Notes under the pieces: generated by a model
What the model was told of the DNA's origin: nothing
The model's database searches: none
Seen by the model: only the letters and a program-made list of their open reading frames with translations
Shown: positions 58,353-64,000 of the stretch, piece by piece
Position numbering within the stretch: the stretch's first letter is position 1
Layout of the letters: each line of letters begins with the position of its first letter
Position numbers and translations under genes: made by a program
DNA from: an uncultured delta proteobacterium
GTDB lineage: Bacteria > Desulfobacterota > Syntrophia > Syntrophales > UBA2192
DNA length: 64,000 nucleotides
NCBI GenBank assembly: GCA_963810965.1
Contig: CAWEPT010000016.1
Span: 5,051 to 69,050, forward strand
Reading direction: 5' to 3'

Positions 58353-59672
58353 ATGAAAAAGGTCCCGAATAAAAAGACGAGGGTGCTGCTGGCCGCTGTC
58401 GCAGCGTTTCTCCTTGCAGCCGCGGCGCCCGGCCTCGTCCTTCAGGCAGCCGAGGAGAAGCGGGTCGTCGATGTCGTCGTCGTCAACGAGGTCATCACCC
58501 CGCCCATCGGGGAGTATATCGTCAAGAGCATCAGGCAGGCCACCGAGTCGGGTTCCGAGGCCATCGTCATCCAGCTCGACACGCCCGGGGGGCTCGATCT
58601 GTCCATGCGGGACATCATGAAGGAGTGCCTCAACGCCTCCATTCCCGTCGTCGTCTACGTGTCGCCCCAGGGTGCGCGGGCGGCCTCGGCGGGGGTTCTC
58701 ATCACGATTTCGGCCCACGTGGCGGCCATGGCACCGGGGACCAATATCGGCGCGGCCCACCCCGTGGCCATGGGCCTCGGCAAGGCCGACGAGACGATGA
58801 TGGAGAAGGTCGAAAACGACGCCGTGGCCTACGGGCGGGGCATTGCCGAACAGAAGGGACGCAACGCCGACTGGATCGAGGAGGCCATCCGAAAGAGCGT
58901 CTCCGTGACGGCCGAGGAAGCCCTGAAGCTCAACGTCATCGATGTGATCGCCAAAGACATGAACGATCTTCTCGAGAAAATCGACGGGCGCGAGGTGAAA
59001 CTGCTCTCCGGCAGCAGAGTCTTGAAAACGAAAGGGGCCGAGCTCAACAGGAAGGAAATGGGTTTCCGCGAGAAGGTGCTCATCACCATCTCGAACCCCA
59101 ACATCGCCTATATCCTGTTCCTCCTCGGGCTTGCCGGGCTGTACTTCGAGTTTTCTTCCCCGGGAGTGGTTCTGCCGGGAATCATCGGCGGGATTTCGCT
59201 GATCCTGGCATTCTTTGCCTTCCAGACCCTTCCCGTGAATTATGCCGGCATCCTCCTGATCATCTTTGCCGTGATCCTCTTTATCGCCGAGATCAAGGTG
59301 GTCAGCCACGGCGTCCTCACCATGGGGGGCGTCGTCTCGCTCATCCTGGGCTCCATCATGCTCTTCGAGTCGCCCGACCCGGCCCTCCGGGTGTCCTGGA
59401 GCGTGCTGGTCCCGACGGTGGCGATCGTCTCGCTGTTTTTCATTGCCGTCATCTCGATTGCCGTCCGGGCCCAGATGCGCAAGGTGCTCACCGGCGGGGA
59501 GGGCATGATCGGTGCGGTGGGGGAAACCGCTTCGGAGGTATTCGGGCGAGGCAAGGTCATCATCCGGGGCGAATACTGGGACGCAACCAGCAAGGCGCCC
59601 ATCGGGAAAGGGCGTCCCGTGAAAGTGGTTCGAGTCAATGGTTTAAAAATTGAAGTGGAAGAAGAAACGTAG
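58353..59672 (+). CDS. nfeD: NfeD-family membrane-bound serine protease (ClpP-like)
   Basis: Signal peptide, LDTPGGLDLSMRDI, ARAASAGVLITISAH, a 4-5 TM block, and a C-terminal OB domain GKVIIRGEYWDATS. Confidence 0.8.
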   Translation: MKKVPNKKTRVLLAAVAAFLLAAAAPGLVLQAAEEKRVVDVVVVNEVITPPIGEYIVKSIRQATESGSEAIVIQLDTPGGLDLSMRDIMKECLNASIPVVVYVSPQGARAASAGVLITISAHVAAMAPGTNIGAAHPVAMGLGKADETMMEKVENDAVAYGRGIAEQKGRNADWIEEAIRKSVSVTAEEALKLNVIDVIAKDMNDLLEKIDGREVKLLSGSRVLKTKGAELNRKEMGFREKVLITISNPNIAYILFLLGLAGLYFEFSSPGVVLPGIIGGISLILAFFAFQTLPVNYAGILLIIFAVILFIAEIKVVSHGVLTMGGVVSLILGSIMLFESPDPALRVSWSVLVPTVAIVSLFFIAVISIAVRAQMRKVLTGGEGMIGAVGETASEVFGRGKVIIRGEYWDATSKAPIGKGRPVKVVRVNGLKIEVEEET

Positions 59673-59684
59673 AAGGGGGTGTTT

Positions 59685-60437
59685 ATGTTGTATCCGATCA
59701 TTGTCGTTGTCGTTCTCGTCATCATGTTCCTGGCCGCGTCCATCCGGATCCTCAACGAATACGAGAGGGCCGTCATCTTCCGCCTCGGAAGGATCATTCC
59801 CACGAAGGGGCCCGGTCTGATCATCCTCATCCCCGTCGTGGACCGCATGGTCCGCGTGGACACGCGCACGATCACCATGGACGTGCCGTCGCAGGACGTC
59901 ATCACCCGGGACAACGTCTCCATCAAGGTGAACGCCGTCGTCTATTTCCGCGTCGTCGACTCCATGAATGCCATCGTCGAGGTTGAAAATTACCTGTATG
60001 CCACTTCCCAGCTTGCCCAGACGACGCTGAGAAGCGTCTGCGGCCAGGTGGAACTCGACGAGATCCTGGCGTCCAGGGACAAGGTCAATATCCACATCCA
60101 GGAGATCCTGGACCGCAGCACCGACCCCTGGGGGATCAAGGTGACCCACGTGGAGGTCAAGTACATCGATCTGCCGCAGGAGATGCAGCGGGCCATGGCC
60201 AAGCAGGCCGAGGCCGAGCGCGAGCGGCGAGCCAAGGTCATCGCCGCCGAGGGCGAGTTCCAGGCTGCCCAGAAGCTCTCCGAGGCGGCTGCCGTGATGC
60301 AGCAGCAGCCGATGGCCCTGCAGCTCCGGTACCTGCAGACCCTGGTGCAGATCGGGACGGAGAACAACACGACGACGGTCTTCCCCATCCCCATCGACAT
60401 GCTGAACATATTTTTCAAAAGGGAGGAGAAGGGCTGA
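59685..60437 (+). CDS. SPFH/band 7 (stomatin-like) protein
   Basis: [27 protein letters not shown]...[22 protein letters not shown]...[24 protein letters not shown]. Confidence 0.85.
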   Translation: MLYPIIVVVVLVIMFLAASIRILNEYERAVIFRLGRIIPTKGPGLIILIPVVDRMVRVDTRTITMDVPSQDVITRDNVSIKVNAVVYFRVVDSMNAIVEVENYLYATSQLAQTTLRSVCGQVELDEILASRDKVNIHIQEILDRSTDPWGIKVTHVEVKYIDLPQEMQRAMAKQAEAERERRAKVIAAEGEFQAAQKLSEAAAVMQQQPMALQLRYLQTLVQIGTENNTTTVFPIPIDMLNIFFKREEKG

Positions 60438-60480
60438 TCGTCCGCCCTGATCGTGCGATTCACGGAAAGGAGGAGAGAGC

Positions 60481-60805
60481 GTGGAAGCGAAAGAGAAGAT
60501 GAGAGTCGTATCGGGTGCGGTTATCCTGTTGACCCTGGGCGTGCTCGTCCTCTTGAGCACCTTTGGCATCTACAGCCTGGACAAGAGCTGGCCCATCCTG
60601 ATCATCGTGTTTGCCCTGTTCACGCTGGTCCAGAGTCCCGGGATCTTGGTGGATGGGTCATCGGGGCGGCGGGGCTGCTGTTTCTGTTTTTCGAGAACTG
60701 GTTTGGCCAGATGAGTGACGATGACCATGAACCTGGTCCGATCGGTCGCTGCTCATTGTTGCGGCGTTTTTTCTTTTCAAGACCATGAAGAAGAAGGAGT
60801 CCTGA
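60481..60805 (+). CDS. small multi-TM protein (LiaF/PspC-N-like), two frame changes
   Basis: GTG start. VVSGAVILLTLGVLVLLSTFGIYSLDKSWPILIIVFALFTLV, then WVIGAAGLLFLFFENW and LLIVAAFFLFKTMKKKES* in other frames. Confidence 0.4.
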
Positions 60806-60824
60806 GGGAGCAGGATCTCACGGG

Positions 60825-61499
60825 ATGGCAAAAAAAAAACCGCTTCTGGTCATCACCGATTTTGACGGGACGCTGAGCCTCACCGACGTGGGCTACGAGG
60901 TTCTCCTGAAGTTCAGCAGTCAGGACTGGGATGACATCGACCGGGCCTACTGTGCCGGCGAGATCGGTTCAAAGGAGGCCTATGGCCGCATCTGTGCCAT
61001 CCTGGGCGGGACCCGGGAGCACATGCTGCAGTTCGTGGCCGAAAACACCGTCATCGACCCCCATTTCAAGGAGTTCTATGCCTTCTGCCGGGAGCACGAC
61101 ATCGATGTGAAGGTCGTTTCCGACGGCCTGGATTTCTATATCGATTTCATTCTCAGCAGACACGGCCTCTCCGACATCCCCTTCTATTCCAACGTGATGA
61201 CCTTCAAGGACGGAAAGCCCCTCGCCATCGAATTTCCCCACGCCAATGAGACCTGCAACAAGTGCGGGACCTGCAAGAGCAACATCCTCGAGTCCTGTCA
61301 GGCGGGCTACGGGAAGATCGTCTACGTCGGCGACGGGTATTCCGACCTGTGCCCCGCCCGGAAGGCCGATCTCGTATTCGCCAAGGGGATTCTCTGGACG
61401 CGGCTGTCGGAGAAGGAGCAGCGGGGCCTTCGCAAATACCGCACCTTCAGGGATGTAAGGGATTTCCTGTCGAAAAACGGGTTTCAGAAGGGTCGGTAA
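60825..61499 (+). CDS. HAD-IB phosphatase (MtnX / phosphoserine phosphatase-like)
   Basis: LVITDFDGTLS, VVSDGLDFYI, CNKCGTCK, VYVGDGYSDLCPARKADLVFAK. Confidence 0.7.
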   Translation: MAKKKPLLVITDFDGTLSLTDVGYEVLLKFSSQDWDDIDRAYCAGEIGSKEAYGRICAILGGTREHMLQFVAENTVIDPHFKEFYAFCREHDIDVKVVSDGLDFYIDFILSRHGLSDIPFYSNVMTFKDGKPLAIEFPHANETCNKCGTCKSNILESCQAGYGKIVYVGDGYSDLCPARKADLVFAKGILWTRLSEKEQRGLRKYRTFRDVRDFLSKNGFQKGR

Positions 61500-61535
61500 C
61501 AGGACGCCCTGCAGAGGATTTACGGGGCTGTGCCG

Positions 61536-62721
61536 TCATCGCCATCGAGGACCTGCCGTGCGTCGAGGAATTCGACGCGGCAGGTCTTTTTTTCGTGCCG
61601 AAGCGCCGCTCGCCCTTGTTCCGGCTGTGCCCTTATGGCTTTGGGGCCGTCTCCCGGGAGGATTGGATTCGCCACTGTCTACCCAGGCACCCAGCAGGGT
61701 ATACGTCACCGCAAGGACCACCGGTCCGATGAAAAGCCCGATGATCCCGAAGGCAATGAGGCCGCCGATCACGCCGGCGAAGATCAGCAGCAGGGGAAGG
61801 TCCGCTCCCTTCTTGATGAGAATGGGCCGCAGGAAATTGTCCAGGGTGACGACGACAAGCGACCAGACCAGAAGAACGCTTCCCCAGAGGGTCTGGTCAC
61901 TCCAGAAGAGCCAGGCGACCGCCGGGAAGAGGATGAGCGCGGGCCCCAGCTGCGCGATGCAGAGCATGAACATGATGGCCGTCAGCACCGCCGCGGCGGG
62001 CACGCCGGCCACGGCAAGGCCGATGCCGCCCAGAAGGGACTGGACCAGGGCGGTGACGACAACCCCGAGAGCGACCCCCCGGATCGCGCGAGCGGCCAGT
62101 ACGATCATGTCGTCGCCCTTCTGCCCGGCAAGGCGCCGGAAGAAGCGGCGTACCGCATCCGCCGCAGGTTCCCCGCCGGCATAGAGGATCGCAGCAGATG
62201 ATGACCGTAAGGAGGAACTGGACGAACATCATCCCGATACTGCCGGCCTGGTCGACAAACCAGTTGACAATCTTCCCCGCATACGGGACCACTCGGGCCG
62301 AAAGACCTTCCGGGCCTGCGGAGGCAAGCTCCTGCCACGACTCCGAAAGCTTGGGTCCGGCAAGCGGGATACCCGAGACCCATCCGGGCGGCGGCGGCAG
62401 ACCCTTTGCCTTGAGCGATTCTGCCGAGCCCTTGATCATGTCGGCATTATCCAGGAGGGTTACGATGGCAAGAGTAAACGGTACGATTAATACAAGCAGC
62501 AGCGCCAGCGACATGACCGCCACGGCAAAACCGCGTTTGCCCCCCATCCATGTCTGCAGGCGCAGCATGAGAGGCCACGTGGCCACGACGATCGTCACCG
62601 CCCAGACGAAAGCGGGAAGAAACGGTTTCAGAATGAAGAAATTGGCCGCGATGAGAGCAACGATAAAGAGCACCGCCAGCATCGTGCGGGTCAGGTCCCG
62701 TGAGGGAGGGGGGCTTGTCAT
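61536..62721 (-). CDS. AI-2E family transporter (PerM/YhhT-like permease), one frame change near 62190
   Basis: N-terminal part in ORF 61897..62721, C-terminal part in 61536..62108. DNFLRPILIKKGADLPLLLIFAGVIGGLIAFGIIGLFIGPVVLAV. Confidence 0.7.
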
Positions 62722-62989
62722 GGGAGGACTCCTTTGTTGTGTCCTGTGCGATCGGATCGGCTGCCTGTTTCATGCCTGAACAACAGGCATCAACGATCTA
62801 CAAGGCCAGATTGAGACTAATCTGAGGGAAATCGGATCGCTTGTCAAGAAGGAAGGACGCGCGGCAGGCGGGCGCTGAAACTGTAAAATACCGGAATCCC
62901 ACGGTAAAAAAGTTGACTCGGCGCCGCAGGTGTGCTTTATTTGCCCAACTCCCCATGCCTCCTGCGAGGCCATTTTTTATTGAGCGGTT

Positions 62990-63667
62990 ATGAGAAAAGG
63001 CATCCTGGCCGACTTTCTGATTCCGTTGCTGGCCGCCGTGGCGGCCACGGGGGCCATCGATGTGGCCGGCGCCGATCTGGCCGTCCAGGCCCTCTTCTAC
63101 AGCCCGGGCGCCGGCTGGGCCCTGGGGGATCGGGAGCCCTGGGCCTTTCTCTATCATTTCGGCAATCTGCCCGCCTTCGCTCTCGGGGCGATGGGGGTGA
63201 TTGCTTTCGTGTTGAGCTTTTTCTCCGAGCGGTATCGCCCCGACAGGACGGCGGCGCTGTTCGTGGTGGCCCTTCTGGCCCTCGGCCCCGGCCTGATCGT
63301 CAACACGGTGTTCAAGGATCACTGGGGCAGGCCGAGGCCCGCGGACATCGTGCAATTCGGGGGAACGGAAACCTATCGTTCCTTCTGGAATCCCGGCTCG
63401 CCGGAGCAGGGACGCTCGTTTCCCTCGGGACACGCCGCCGTCGGGTTTTTCCTCATGGCGCCCTTCTTCGTGCTCAGGCGCAAGGCGCCCGGATGGGCGC
63501 GAAGGGCCCTGGCGGCAGGCATTCTCTATGGCTCTCTGATGGGCCTGGGCAGGATGATCCAGGGCGGGCATTTCCTGACCGATGTGATCTGGTCGGGCTG
63601 CATGGTCTATTTCACGGGGCTGTTTCTGTACTATCTCTTCCGCCTGGATCGGGAGGGGATGGCGTAA
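62990..63667 (+). CDS. PAP2 family phosphatase (lipid A / undecaprenyl-PP phosphatase-like)
   Basis: KDHWGRPRP ... PSGH ... GRMIQGGHFLTD (KX6RP, PSGH, X5HX3D motifs). Confidence 0.8.
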   Translation: MRKGILADFLIPLLAAVAATGAIDVAGADLAVQALFYSPGAGWALGDREPWAFLYHFGNLPAFALGAMGVIAFVLSFFSERYRPDRTAALFVVALLALGPGLIVNTVFKDHWGRPRPADIVQFGGTETYRSFWNPGSPEQGRSFPSGHAAVGFFLMAPFFVLRRKAPGWARRALAAGILYGSLMGLGRMIQGGHFLTDVIWSGCMVYFTGLFLYYLFRLDREGMA

Positions 63668-63715
63668 AACATCGATATTCCGCCTGTCGCGAACGATAAG
63701 GACAACCGATCAGAG

Positions 63716-64000
63716 ATGGATGTTGGCGTACAAAGAAAGATCGATCAGGCCGTCGGGCCGCTCATCTGCAGGGCGCTGTCCCTCTTTTCGGGAGGCCGTG
63801 CGCCCTCGGAGCCCCCGAAGAGGATCCTGATCATCCTGCTCTCCGAGATGGGAAGCCTCGTGCTGGGCTGCTCCATGTTCCGGAGAATCCGGGAAAAGTA
63901 CCCGCAGGCCTCGATCCACGCAATGGTATTCGAGAAGAACCGGGAGATCCTGGATCTCCTGGAGGTCATCCCCCCTGAAAACGTGATGACACTCAGCGAT
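63716..64000 (+). CDS. glycosyltransferase family 9 (heptosyltransferase-like), 5' fragment running off the window
   Basis: Hand translation MDVGVQRKIDQAVGPLICRALSLFSGG...KRILIILLSEMGSLVLGCSMFRRIREKYPQASIHAMVF. The frame is open to the end of the window and the ORF is not in the track. Confidence 0.6.
   Translation, partial: MDVGVQRKIDQAVGPLICRALSLFSGGRAPSEPPKRILIILLSEMGSLVLGCSMFRRIREKYPQASIHAMVFEKNREILDLLEVIPPENVMTLSD

Noticed and set aside
1-64000. tRNA, rRNA, tmRNA, transposase, toxin-antitoxin and classical defence genes (restriction-modification, Cas, abortive infection).
   Set aside because: None was recognised on either strand. This negative result rests on reading by eye and on the ORF track only.

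Overview
GC-rich (about 60% by eye) chromosomal segment. Gene content suggests an anaerobic Desulfobacterota (deltaproteobacterial, Syntrophales/Geobacter-like) organism; that assignment is inference. It looks like core genome, not an obvious island. Left third: a DUF748/AsmA-like envelope protein, a desulforedoxin-like protein with a Lys/Ala/Pro tail, a ferritin-like protein, MarR plus acyl-CoA dehydrogenase plus MoxR/VWA, then HD, USP, NUDIX, an FmdB zinc ribbon, a LysM-RlpA protein, an acyl-CoA dehydrogenase with a rubredoxin-like tail, and two tandem LysM-NlpC/P60 genes. Middle: a CoA-transferase/GNAT gene, MCP, cheW, adk, a UvrD-type helicase, a porin-like OMP, an HMGL-type synthase with a Cache-like tail, aspS and comEC. 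Then a pilS/pilR-like pair, a sigma54 promoter and tandem type IV pilin genes, followed by two GT-C transferases, a GT2 and a methyltransferase. Right third is canonical: xerD, a TPR protein, kdsA-kdsC-lptC-lptA-lptB-rpoN-hpf-ptsN-rapZ, an M23 peptidase, lysE, coaBC, a family 4 UDG, nfeD plus an SPFH protein, a HAD phosphatase, an AI-2E permease, a PAP2 phosphatase and a partial heptosyltransferase. No rRNA, tRNA, CRISPR array or transposase was seen by eye. Four points stand out. (1) A family of degenerate tandem heptanucleotide arrays fills most intergenic spacers; several copies are canonical G-quadruplex motifs, and they often sit as inverted G-rich/C-rich pairs around terminators. (2) The pilin locus plus the GT-C/GT2/methyltransferase genes may be a pilin glycosylation module. 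(3) Reading-frame breaks are very unevenly distributed: none from 46.8 to 60.4 kb, but about 15 in one 1.9 kb gene. (4) Two junctions join gene parts with no stop codon, spacer or start codon (MCP/CoA-transferase and comEC/aspS). All frame-change positions were read by eye and are approximate (about +/-20 nt). Whether the breaks are sequencing or assembly errors or real gene decay cannot be decided from the sequence alone.
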